Source: Podarcis tiliguerta
Lineage: Eukaryota
Direction: 5' to 3' (one strand)
Length of the DNA stretch: 64,000 bases
Assembly: GCA_965153285.1 (NCBI GenBank)
Contig: OZ229118.1
Of the stretch, positions 39,987 through 52,060 are shown one piece after another. The position numbers and the translations under genes were made by a program. Position 1 is the stretch's first letter. Each line of letters opens with the position of its first letter. The notes under the pieces were generated by a model that did no database searches, had not been told where the DNA came from, and saw nothing but the letters and a program-made list of their open reading frames with translations.

Positions 39987-40254
39987 GTACTACATGAGGA
40001 GACCACAGTCCCAGGAACTGATTTGAAATTGTCTTATTTAAGCTCCAGAGCTGCAGGGTATAAATCCGTTCTTAAGATCACCATGACGCAGTCAGTGATA
40101 CCATTTAACTTAATGAAGGTTCATCTCATGGTGGCAGTGGTGGGAAGACTTTTCCAAAAATGGTTCCCTGCATCCCCAAATTTGGCTTACACATTCATAT
40201 GGGATAAAACTGATGCGTATAACCAAAAGGTCTATGGTTTATCTGAAGCTGTTG
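39987..40254 (+). CDS. TENM3: TENM3 exon, FN-plug ([21 protein letters not shown]...GLSEAV)
   Basis: Poly-T tract with ttatag acceptor, donor GTTG|gtaggt; 268 nt, phase 0-1. Confidence 0.95.
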
Positions 40255-41184
40255 GTAGGTCTTATTTGTGTTGTTATAGGTTTTGTTTGCTTGTTTGCAT
40301 TATCTAGAAAACATAGAATGATATTTAATAATAAAGATATATGAGAAGTTCAGTATGTTGTGTAGAATGAATGTAAACTTTTAATTGTTAACAATTACTG
40401 TTACAACAGCTTACTATTAACAGTAAATTGTTGTAAGCTGACTTGAGGGCTCTTCTTAGAGTTGAAATGTGGTATAGACATATTTTTTTCATTTTTATAA
40501 AAAGAATGGAACTGTAAAATCACAAAGGAATTACACTTCGTTTGTAATTATCACATCTAACCAAACTAGTACCTGGAAGTAACAAATTGTGAGGACTGTG
40601 TTGATCAGGTCTGAGACAGACTAAGATGGGGAAAATAGTTGCACCATCATTTTCGCAGACAAAGTCTTGGACTGCCTGTGGTGCTTTCAAAAAACAAAAT
40701 GATTTTAATTGCCTTCAATTGCTATTAAACATCTGATGTTTTTCAACAACTCAAGGTTTTAAATTATTTCAAGGGAGCATCAATATATCATGTGTATATA
40801 GAGCTTCAAGCTTTAATCAGTCAGTACAATTAATTGACTGAAACTTCAGTCACAGATTAAAATTTGCTCCCTGAATAATTGCTAGGGTTGACACAGTGCA
40901 CGGGACTCCTGAACTAATTCTAGGCAAGCAGGCTATCCAGGTGTGTCACCTCTATCCCTGCAAAAGATTTGTTGAAAATTATAAATATATATTTTCCAGA
41001 TTGTATCTAACACTAACCCAGAGGAAAAACTGATATACTAAGTGTGTTGTGTTAACATGCCAAGAAACCTCCCTGTAATTGGAAGCCCTGTTCAGTGAAA
41101 GTACTTACAACCTGTCTTCAGGTATCTAGAGAGGAAGGGTAGTTTTAAAATAATAATAATAAATATTTTTCTTTTTAATTCCAG

Positions 41185-41328
41185 TATCTGTAGGTTATGA
41201 ATATGAATCTTGTTTGGATCTAACACTGTGGGAAAAACGGACAGCTATTTTACAAGGCTACGAATTGGATGCCTCTAACATGGGGGGCTGGACCCTAGAT
41301 AAGCACCACGTCCTGGATGTTCAGAATG
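41185..41328 (+). CDS. TENM3: TENM3 exon ([19 protein letters not shown]...VLDVQN), GC donor
   Basis: Acceptor aattccag; 144 nt. Frame continuity with the next exon (N-G-ILYKG) requires the donor AATG|gcaagt. Confidence 0.93.
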
Positions 41329-44300
41329 GCAAGTCTCAATTTTATTTTAATACTCTTTTTTTCTGGACTCATACTGACTATGTAATTAATTCATTGTCTG
41401 TCACATAAAAGTTATGAGTAATACACATTCATGACTATCCTAGAATTATTCTTTAATTTGAATTAATGTCGAATTTATAAGCATAGCTTCAGTCCTTGCC
41501 AACACCAGGAAATGTTTTCTTCTTCATACTACATAAAAACATTATGCTGTGCCTAGCCTCTCCCCACCAGATGTGTTTCCATGGAACTGTGTCAAGTACA
41601 GCTAGCATTATTGCTCCTCTATTGCCTCACTAGCATGATTACTCCTGTATTTCTATGCAAATAAATAAGTGTTTCCTAAGCCTCTCATTGTGAATTTGAA
41701 TATTTGGTGGGGAAATGTATTTTGTACAAATATGTTATTGGGGGAGGGGGAGGTTTTTAGTCCACAACAGAATTGGCACTGGTATGGAGGAAATAGGCAC
41801 CATTCCTACTTGTCTCCAATACCAATTCCATTCAGAGCTAAAAAGATATGGCGCTAGCACCTGTCATTAAGTTGCCCCCCCCCCTTCTGAATTCTGCTGT
41901 GTACCTGAGGCTCTCTTCCAAAAACTTCATCCATTTTCCTTCCATTTTCAGTGCTTCTTCCTTGCTTCATTAACTTTCCTTTACTCATTTTTACATATCT
42001 TTATTCTTTAATTCCAACTATTCTTTTATTCTTTTACTTCTTTTAAATCTCTGGTATTTACTTCATTCCCCCCCCTCCCTTAATCTCTGATAAAAATCCA
42101 TGTTTCAGAAAAAGGAAAAGAAAAACCCATGTTTCCTTCCCATAGTTCTCTGCTTGACCTGCTTTATCCAACCTTTTTCTTCTTCTTTGCCATCACTAAT
42201 GATGTTGTTGTTGTTGTTTAGCAGCTAAACTGTGATCCTAAGTACACTTACTCAGGCACAAGCTCCCTTTTCACTTGTGGCTTCCAAGTAAATATGTCTG
42301 ATTTACTGGACAGCTTTATTGTTTCATTTAAACAGTTTGCTTGATGCCCCATGAAGCTTCTTCATTCAAACAGTTTATGCTTAAATATATTGGGACTTCC
42401 CTAGCAGTATGACTCCAGCTACAACTGCAATATAGCAACATGTATATTTCCTTCCATATTATGAAACACATTACAAGTTGCATGGAGGAAATATTTCTCC
42501 TGTCATTGGAACGCTGCCAGTTTTAGAGTGAAATGTGCCTGCCATTTAACTGCAGGCGGCAATGACACACAGGTGCTTAGTAAAGGTGACTAATGACACT
42601 CATGTTGACTGGAAGTTATGTAATGGAAGGAAAGAAATGATCTCAGATTTAAGACAGGCAAAGACCTATCTTAGAAAGGAGGAGGCCAGGATGCAGAATG
42701 TTATGGAAGCCAAAGGACACCGAAATGATGTCTAAGGACTAGTTAACAAGATCATGTTTCTTGGTATGTAATTCTAGCTATTATGGGATTAGTTACAGAG
42801 AGACTTCTTTTCATGTGAATATGGTACATTTCACTGGGAGGCAAGGGTTAATAAGTGTGCCATTGAATGCCAATTCAACTTCTCATGGGAACTGGCACAA
42901 AGCAAGTAAGCACTGAGATAATTACGTGTACATTCATTTTCCTCATTTTGTTGTTCAGTAGTTTCTGATCATAAGGTGAGTCAGCTATGCTCCTAAATTT
43001 ATGCTCAGGAGACTGTTTGACAAGTAATGACTTTTCAAAGTGATGCCTGTCTAATTGAATAAATGAAGTGGCTAGTTGTAATGACAGGGTGGATGAGCTG
43101 GGGAAATTTATTCACAAGGGAGCAAAGACTGTGACAGGTGTTTATACGGACACCCTGAATCACTGCAATAAATATTCTAATGTTCATCTTTCCCCCTGTG
43201 GTAATAGAAGAGAGATGCGAAAGGGCAATTTTTCAAAGTAATGACAGAATAAATCAGGTACCATAGTGCTGAGTGCTGACTTGTATGATACCTCTGATGA
43301 AAATTATAGAACTCAGCTATTTCAGCAAAATTATGGTTTCCTGATTGTCATAAATGATGTGATCATAGGAAGGGGATTTCAGATTCCATTAGTGCATTCT
43401 CGTTCCAACTTTTCTTGGGGAAATGTAATCCATGTGCTGTTATGATGCAGCCTCATTTACATGGCTTTTCTTTTATATTTCATAAGCCATTTTCATTTCC
43501 TCTTATTTCATAATGTTGTCCGTCCTCTGGTATACCTCTCTCGGATTGCATGGCATTAGAAAAGTAATTGGCACAGCCCAAGGAACATGTTCTGTTTATG
43601 GAAAATATTTACCCATTGAAATTCAACTTAAAAGTAGCCTTAGGGTGGAGAAAGCTGTCAATAGAACTTCCTAAATGTATTTTAACAGTTATTGTGGGAC
43701 AAAAATAAATTCATTAGTACTGTTATCTTTGAAATATTGTACACTTGATCAATAAAGCAAGTATTACTATACAGTACAAAGTGACATGTGGTTTGCATGG
43801 ATTATAACACATTGAGATTTACTGTGGAATAAGTGTAACAGTAATAGCGGACAGTTCTCACAGCAGACCTTGACTGAGTCATTGATCAGGATAATAATGA
43901 GGATAGTGGTAATGTTTTAACAAAATATAGTTGTAACTGTGAAAGCCTAATATTAGGCACATATATTTCACATTTCCTGTGAAGGCCATAAAAACGATGC
44001 TGGAGAAATGCTTCTTCTTTTCCTAATGATTCTTGCCCAAACATTTTTGTTGTGTTTGACATATGAGTACAGAACTGCAGATACATTATAGAGCCGGGCT
44101 CTGCTAGCAAAGACAACTTATTCTTTTGCGTAAAATAAGACCATTTGACAATGGGAAATTGAGGCTGTCAGAAAACTTATTTACAATAATAGTTTACTGG
44201 TATAATGTTGTGGGTGTGTGATGCGTAACAGGACATATGTAAGCAATTTATTCTAACAGTACAGAATAAACGAACAGGAATGCATCATTCCAAACTAACA

Positions 44301-45074
44301 TTCACCCAAATCCATCTGAGAAAAATGCACATGCAAATGTGTATGTTTCCCAGAGCCAAAAAATCCAGTTTGGGAGATTGTCAGGTCAAGTGGTTTTGAA
44401 TAGTATGAGTTGCTGCTTGGGAGGAAGGAGAAGGAACATAGAACTGTATTTAGATCAGAGAGCGATTTCTTATGGCAATCCAGTGGGGGGTTACACAGGA
44501 ACAGCTCATCTTCTCAGCCACGAGAAGCACATGCACAGCACCTATTTGTATATCCTTGCCTCCTATTGGATTGCCCCATTGCCCCAAGGTAACTGTTGCA
44601 AACACGAGTTCTGCCCATTTCTACTTTTCCAGATGTATCCTTTTTTTAAGCATTTGCCAACTTTTCATAGAAGTTTGTTATTAAAAATATAATAACTTAT
44701 ATCTTATATACTTATTTTCTCTTGCTGTGGTTGCTCTGATTACCTTCTGAGCTGATTGTAAATATGAATAGTGATATTTTGATCCTTTTTCACAAAGAGT
44801 TTTATTCAGTGGGTGGGGTTGAAATGGATGGCCACATGTGCAACAGGCTTCTAAAGTGCCACTTCCAGATAGCAGCCTCCAGTTCTTAGGGACAAGCTTC
44901 TCTTGAATTTCAGGAGAACCAGCGTGGTGGTCATTGTCCTCTCTCTTGATCTTGACACCTTTGAAATACAGTCCCAGTGTGCAATATTAAATGTATTTAG
45001 TATTTTCTGATCAAAATTTGTAACCGACAAAAATACTCCACTGATGTAGGAAACCATATTTGTGTTTTCTCCAG

Positions 45075-45324
45075 GAATCCTCTACAAAGGCAATGGGGAA
45101 AATCAGTTCATCTCTCAGCAGCCACCAGTTGTCAGTAGTATAATGGGCAATGGTCGACGACGTAGCATTTCCTGCCCAAGTTGCAATGGTCAAGCAGATG
45201 GCAATAAGCTTTTGGCTCCCGTTGCCTTAGCTTGTGGTATTGATGGAAGCCTGTACGTAGGGGATTTTAACTATGTTCGACGGATATTCCCATCTGGAAA
45301 TGTAACAAGTGTTCTTGAACTAAG
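45075..45324 (+). CDS. TENM3: TENM3 exon, start of NHL beta-propeller ([12 protein letters not shown]...TSVLEL)
   Basis: Acceptor ttctccag, donor TAAG|gtatat; 250 nt, phase 1-2. Confidence 0.95.
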
Positions 45325-45626
45325 GTATATCTTTACCTACTCCTTAAAACATTTGGTTTCGAGATTATGTGATGAATCGGTCATTTTATGATACCATGTT
45401 TCCATATACACCTGAACACTGTAATAAAAATGCAAATGCTTTAAAAATAATATTTTAAAATGAGGTTGAAGAAAGATGGGACATTTTCTCAAGCCATTTA
45501 CTCATGGAGATAGCTGTCAAAATATCTCCGCTATTCAGATGATAAAAAATGACTGAATGGAATTACAATCAGCAACCTTATCAGCATCATTACCTATTTA
45601 CTGTTCCCTCTTTTAACAACTTTTCA

Positions 45627-45726
45627 TCTAACTTTTTTTCTAATACTGTTTTTTTTTTACTCTTCCTTTCCTTGCCTTCCCACCAAGAAATAAAGATTTT
45701 AGACATAGGTAAGCATTTTAAGCATG
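45627..45726 (+). promoter_or_regulatory. Neuronal microexon cis-elements around insert B
   Basis: Branch-like tctaac (45627) and tctaat (45639), TGC at 45673-45675 within the pyrimidine tract (SRRM3/4-type position), and GCATG at 45722-45726 (RBFOX-type). Confidence 0.55.
45688..45708 (+). CDS. TENM3: TENM3 splice-site-B microexon (RNKDFRH) in the NHL domain
   Basis: Long pyrimidine tract ...ttgccttcccaccaag|AAATAAAGATTTTAGACATAG|gtaagc; 21 nt, phase 2-2. Matches the known 7-aa insert B. Confidence 0.93.
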
Positions 45727-46059
45727 TTCGTACTTTTTGTTCAAAGTGTTCTTTCCTTTAAAAAAGAATGAACAAATAAATTCAATAGATTGAAGTGCTT
45801 TAAAAATTGTTACGATCATAAGGAAGGAGTGCTCTATAAAAGTGACTATTTTTGCCTTAAATCATAGAGAGGTGTAAGTTTGGAAGATTGCTACTATTCA
45901 ACATAACCCAAATTCTTTCCCCGTCCTAGTTAAAATAGTTACATTTTATCATAAGGCATCCCAGGAAAGTCATTTAAAGGATAGGGTATAAATGTCTGAA
46001 ATGACTAAATAAATAAAAACGTTGCTTGCTCCCCATCACTTTTTGTTTTCCGTTTCCAG

Positions 46060-46071
46060 CCTGTCTGTAAG
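46060..46071 (+). CDS. TENM3: Candidate second site-B microexon (SLSV)
   Basis: cactttttgttttccgtttccag|CCTGTCTGTAAG|gtattg; 12 nt, phase 2-2, no stop, with a YCAY cluster downstream. Prediction only. Confidence 0.45.
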
Positions 46072-46118
46072 GTATTGCTCCCATTTTTCCTCCTTGATGT
46101 GCTTATGTAATCCCTGCC

Positions 46119-46136
46119 TCACTCATTCACCATCAT
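46119..46136 (+). promoter_or_regulatory. Intronic YCAY cluster (candidate NOVA site)
   Basis: TCACTCATTCACCATCAT contains five YCAY in 18 nt, downstream of the site-B microexon(s). Confidence 0.6.
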
Positions 46137-46494
46137 CCTCTCCTTTTCCTTGTTCTCTCCTTGCCCTGAATGCCACAGATAGAACTTTCATTTTGTCTTT
46201 GCATCACCTGAAATGCTGTGTGTTTCAGTGGAGTCAATTCAAACATTCAGCTGCCAGGTTTATAATAACCAGTGATACAGAAATCCAGTGATGGGCATGT
46301 TATGTGGGCAACATGCCTGCGCCACTTAGCAGTGGAGAACAAAACCAGCTATGTGGCTCAATGGCAGAACAATCCCTGGCATCTCCAGGTAGCGCTAAAG
46401 AAGACTCGTATTTCAGATTCCAGAGAGAGAGCATCAGTCACTGCGGACAAATACATTAGCCGAGGTCTAACTCAGTATAGATAAATAGATAAAT

Positions 46495-46695
46495 AGTAGA
46501 TAAATAGGTACTGCTCTGGCGGGAAGGTAAACGACGTTTCCATGCGCTGCTCTGGTTCGCCAGAAGCGGCTTAGTCATGCTGGCCACATGACCTGGAAGC
46601 TGTACGCCGGCTCCCTTGGCCAATAAAGTGAGATGAGCGCAGCAACCCCATAGTCGGCCACGACTGGACCTAATGGTCAAGGGTCCCTTTACCTT
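46495..46695 (+). mobile_element. Sauria SINE, 5'-truncated
   Basis: 3' half matches the neighbouring full-length copy in structure and ends cctttaccttt. Confidence 0.9.
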
Positions 46696-46707
46696 TAACT
46701 CAGTATA

Positions 46708-47057
46708 GGGTCGCGGGTGGCGCTGTGGGTTAAACCACAGAGCCTAGGACTTGACGATCAGAAGGTTGGTGGTTCGAATCCCCGCAACGGGGTGAGCTCC
46801 CGTTGCTCGGTCCCTGCTCCTGCCAGCCTAGCAGTTCAAAAGCACGTCAAAGTGCAAGTAGATAAATAGGTACCGCTCCGGCGGGCAGGTAAACGGTGTT
46901 TCCATGCACTGCTCTGGTTCGCCAGAAGTGGCTTAGTCATGCTGGCCACATGACCCGGAAGCTGTACACCGGCTCCCTCGGCCAGTACAGCGAGATGAGC
47001 ACCACAACCCCAGAGTCAGCCACGACTGGACCTAATGGTCAGGGGTCCCTTTACCTT
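46708..47057 (+). mobile_element. Sauria SINE, full length
   Basis: gggtcgcgggtggcgctgtgggttaaacc head, B-box and tail; flanked by taactc(a/g)gtata. Confidence 0.93.
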
Positions 47058-49699
47058 TAACTCGGTATATGACATGGCAACATCCTATGTTCATAAGAGC
47101 AAACTGTAGATGATTCACGCTGAATTATGGCTAGGCATATCTTTAAAGAGGAGGGTCATAAAACAGCATGGGCAATGCTTTGCTTTCTGTTCTGTGATTA
47201 CAGTGACTGCCACTAGCTAGAATGAAGTGGGCAGAGTTCAGTCTGAAATTATTTGCTAGACACATGCATTACATCACTGCTGTGTGCCACAGCTGCTAAA
47301 TGTGTCATGCAAAATGCAGGGTGACATTAAGAAACCCTCCTTATTATCATGCATGCTTCATCTTTATTTTTGGTCTTTCTCCCCCTCTTACACAAATCCC
47401 CAGAGACCTACATTTTATTACGTCTGGTTTCTGTTGAAATTCACTCGGGCTTCTGGTTATACTGCCTCATGTGGGTTTTCTTCCTTAACTGTGAAAGGTT
47501 TTTTATATTTCAGAATTAATGTTTCACATATGTTGCTTTGTGTAGTGTCGGCAAGTAGCATTTTCTCCATGACTAAATATAATATGCACCCTTATTTTAA
47601 ATTATAAGCATAGCTGTCAGCTGTTCTCATATCATTCTGAAGGTTCATTGTTGCTTTAAAAAACAACAACAACCAGTGCCCTCTGTCCATTGAAACCAGC
47701 TGATGCTTTAACAGTCATTAGATAGAATACTTTGTAAATTCACATTTTAATATTATACCAAATGCAAAATATGACATGCATTCAAAAGTTGTTACACATG
47801 GCTCCCTGCATTCTGTTGTTCATCTGTTGCTAAGCATATTGGGGAATTAAGAACATATGTTAAGTAATACCCATTTTCTGTGATTTAACTATATTATACA
47901 GCACTTGTACTCTCAAATACTACTTTTTATTTATTACTGGAATAGGGAAAGTGACTGTGTGATCCATATATCATTCTTCTGAAGAAGTGGGGAAAGTCTT
48001 TAGCCTTTGGAGAACTACAGGCAAAAATAGTTGCATGTTCAATGTTATATGAGTTGCACTTCCTGGATAGACTAGTGTGGTTCTGCTACAAAGGACATTT
48101 CTAGAGGGAAGCAGACAATTGTGTATTAATGTTGAGTTCAACTTCTTTGAGATTAGTGTACTGCTACAGAGATTCCCTAGAGAAATACAAAGATGTATAA
48201 AGAGCTGCAGAGGCAACTGCAGTAGCAGAGACTGGATATTTTTCTGTCTATGAAGGATTTTCACTACACCAAGTATGCCCTGTAATGCCTACATTAAGGT
48301 AAAGATTTTGTTTCAATAGAAAGAAGGGAATATCCCATGTTAGTCAAAAACAGCCATTTTACAGCCAGCCAAGATTATTATTGTCGATCTCTAGAGCGCA
48401 GAGTCTTTGAAGTCTCCTGAGTTGAGGTTATTTTCAGTGCCGTGGATTCTCATGGAGCATGCTAATGATTATTCTTCAGAGATTCATCTGCCTTGTGCGG
48501 GGCAGGCAATAGCACAGCTAGTGTCATTTTCAAAATTGTACTAAAATGATTTCTCTACTCATGTTAGAAATGTTGTACTTGTCAGGAGCCTCCACTAGAA
48601 TTATCCACACATTTTCATTGATTTAATAATCCTAATGGCAAAGAAATCAGATGACTTGTTTATTCAGCATTCATCCTCATATGCTGGCATAAAGCTTACA
48701 CAGTGGTTAGACTATGTCCCGTCTTTACTGAGCATTTGTTCTGAATTGTTTACAGGGCAGTTATATAACTATGAACATTGATCATTTGACATCTTTCCCC
48801 AACCAAGGCTGAGGTTGTAAACTAATTCCTGAGCTGTACCTTTTCATGATGCACGTGGGTCTCCAGATTATTGAATGCTCTGCTGTACAGAAATTCCCCC
48901 CCGTAGAAACATAACATGTTAGGGAGACAGGTTCTAGTTTAGTTTTGTCCCTGACATCGTGTTTTCATTGTGCGGTGTTTTTTTGGCAGGAGAGCAGGAT
49001 ACGACATTCATTCATGTAGGTCTCTACCTAAAGCTGTACAGACCATTTCTACCATTGAAGTTAAAACTTCTCCATCTATAAAACTCCAAAGATAACTTTC
49101 CTTACATTAATATACTATCTGGGGCCATTCTTTTTCACCATGCAAATAATAAATGGGGTGTGTGTGTTGTGTGTTCACTTTCTCCTTTTATAAGTGATGG
49201 AGTACATTGGTTAAAAATCTAACCAACCACAATATACTGCAAATTATGTGTTCTAAGCTTTAATTTTAAACTGTTCATCATTCTACAACCAAACTAATTG
49301 CCCTGAAACTTATCCAAAGTTGGATTTTATATAAAGATTTTTTTATGCTGATAATTAAAGCACTATCCATACACCTGGTGCTGTTCAAAAAAAGAATTGC
49401 ATATAACAAATAAGCACATTAATGATCAGAGATTAAAAGTACATATATAAAAAGGCACATATATCTTTTAAAATCTATTATTTTCATCATAGTTTAGTTT
49501 CAGGGTTGCACAAAAACCTCATTTAAGTTACATGGCTAGTTCTCAGAAATAGAGAAAAGCTAAATCTAGTTAATACAGCATTCAGAAGTTTAAAAAAGGC
49601 AAATAAAAACCCTTTTTCTGCTCAATTGACTACATCCTAGTTGTGAAGCCCTGCAGCACCCCTAGACTCCGTATCCAGTGCAGTGGAACCAGTCGCACT

Positions 49700-49930
49700 G
49701 CCCTAAATTTGCCTCTGCTTTGGACCAGGTTACCTGACAATCAACTCCACCACTTGCTTGGGTCCTAAAGTCATCTACATAGAGGTGCTTCTTCAAGTTC
49801 CCATGCCAAACGTGATGAGGCAGAGATAGGACTTTTTTGTGGTGGCTCCCCAGTAATTGAATAACCTACTCAAAGGGGCTCACCAGTTTAGTGCCAGGTG
49901 AAGACCTTTATGTTTTCCTGGGCTTTTCAG
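49700..49930 (+). mobile_element. Degenerate L2-like 3' fragment
   Basis: aggacttttttgtggtggctcccc...ccaggtgaagacctttatgtttt pattern; approximate. Confidence 0.5.
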
Positions 49931-50994
49931 TCTTTAAAAATGTTTAGTGCTTTTAGCTCTTTCACAGTATTGTTGCTTATTTTATTTTGTGCCTATTCTG
50001 CTGCTGTTTTATTTTGTTTTGGATGTTACATTGCTTTAGTTGTATACTTCAGAAATGTCTGTGCTCCAAGATGTAATTTGTTCACAACTTGTTTATGTTG
50101 GCCTCGGTTGCCTTTTGCAAACAGAAGTACATTAGCACTGTGTTATATTTATGAAATACGAGGCACTACGTTTTGTGAACAGATGCTCAGATATCACCAA
50201 GATTGGTAGATACATTTTAGCACTGCATTTGCAAACACTTTAGAGATGCAACTGACTGCTGTGGCACTTGGGCTCTGTGTGTTAGCAGGCACTAGCACTG
50301 CCATCTATATATTCATTTCAGTTCTGAGCACCATAACTCAGATCCACTGTCATAGATGCAACTAATTAAGCTTCTGGATTGTATCTTTGAGCAACAAATG
50401 TATTCTCTAGAGCTACTCATTCCATAGGAGAGAAATGTTTCATTTGTATAAGGTTTATGGTGTCATGTGCTCTATGTTTTTTGAAAAGTGGCTTTATTTC
50501 ATAGAAGGATGGTCCAGCATATTCGGTAGTTTTATGTGAAAGTTTGCAATGATTTAAGATGACTTAAGACAAGAAACTGAACTACTTCTAAAATATGCCA
50601 TCTGACCTGTTAAATCACATCCAGTAATCACATGCCTTCCAATCAGTAGCATGAACAGTCTCTTCTGTTTATGATATTATGCATCATGTACTCAAGTGGC
50701 CTAGATTACTTGAAATAATATAGTCAGTGACATAGGTGCAATTTGAAAAACATAGGCTGTAGAGTGATCTAATCCAGTGCTGTTGATTTGAAGGTAATAC
50801 TCAAAATGACGTTTGCACATTTATATAATTAAAAGGAACCAAAACGGTGTTTATTCCATTACCTTAGCGCAAGGTGGAAGAATCCATACATCAACACTCC
50901 TCCCGTCTTTTAAAAATATGTATTTATTTGACTTTTTCTCAATTGCAAAGCAGCAATACACTAACCATCTTTTAACTAACCAACATTACACTTA

Positions 50995-51337
50995 GGTAAA
51001 GGTAAAGGGACCCCTGACCATTAGGTCCAGTCGTGGCCGACTCTGGGGTTGCGGCACTCATCTCGCTTTATTGGCCAAAGGAGCTGGCGTACAGCTTCCG
51101 CGTCATGTGGCCAGCATGACTAAGCCGCTTCTGGTGAACCAGAGCAGCACACGGAAACGCCGTTTACCTTCCCGCCGGAGCGGTACCTATTTATCTACTT
51201 GCACTTTGATGTGCTAGGTTAGCAGGAGCAGGGACCGAGCAACGGGAGCTCACCTTGTTGCGGGGATTCAAACTGCCGACCTTCTGATCGGCAAGTCCTA
51301 GGCTCTGTGGTTTAACTCACAGCACCACCCGCGTCCC
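50995..51337 (-). mobile_element. Sauria SINE, full length, antisense
   Basis: Reverse complement of the 46708 copy (ggtaaaggtaaagggacccc...accacccgcgtccc); imperfect TSD catta(aa)cactta. Confidence 0.92.
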
Positions 51338-51827
51338 TTCATTAAACACTTACTTCAAACAAACCCACTGATTTTCGCTTACACATTCTCTTTTCAGAGT
51401 CAGCAGAGTTCACACATAACATACAATGTGTTTAAAACAACAGCAGCACATCAGCACTTTCTGTTCCCCCTCCCACCCTTGAAAATACTTTGCAGAAAGT
51501 AAGAAGCAAGCATAACATATTTTCATTGGGCCTTTTTGATACCGTTATGACTGGGGTGAAGTGAGATGGACACTGCAGTGCAATAAAAATGGTTTGAACA
51601 CAGATTTGCTGCATTCAGAGCTGTTGGTCCCCAAAACTAAGAATGTGTGTTAAGATCACTTCCACCACACTCAGCTATGGCTTCCTTCTTCACTCTAACT
51701 TTTGAATGGCAACAGGGGTTGCTTGCTTCAATTATTTGCTTTCTAAGTCCAACTGATAGACTGTCTTTTGAAATGTAATAGTGAATATTACTTACTGTGC
51801 TAAAACGTGTTGTTTCCTTTTCTGCAG

Positions 51828-52060
51828 CAGTAACCCGGCTCATAGATACTTCCTTGCAACTGACCCAGTCACAGGAGAATTGTATGTTTCTGACACCAAC
51901 ACACGAAGGATTTACCGTCCAAAGTCACTCACTGGGGCAAAGGACTTGACAAAAAATGCTGAAGTGGTAGCAGGAACTGGGGAGCAGTGCCTTCCATTTG
52001 ACGAAGCCAGATGTGGTGATGGTGGCAAGGCTGTAGAAGCGACACTCATGAGCCCCAAAG
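51828..52060 (+). CDS. TENM3: TENM3 exon, NHL ([17 protein letters not shown]...LMSPK)
   Basis: Acceptor tctgcag with tandem CAGCAG (alternative start 51831), donor AAAG|gtggag; 233 nt, phase 2-1. Confidence 0.95.

Larger units (their letters stand above)
46345..47095 (+). mobile_element. Older tRNA-derived SINE (Squam2-like) hosting two Sauria SINEs
   Basis: gtggctcaatggcagaac...aatccctggcatctccaggtag...ggtctaactcagtata [inserts] ...catcctatgttc; family name from memory. Confidence 0.6.
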
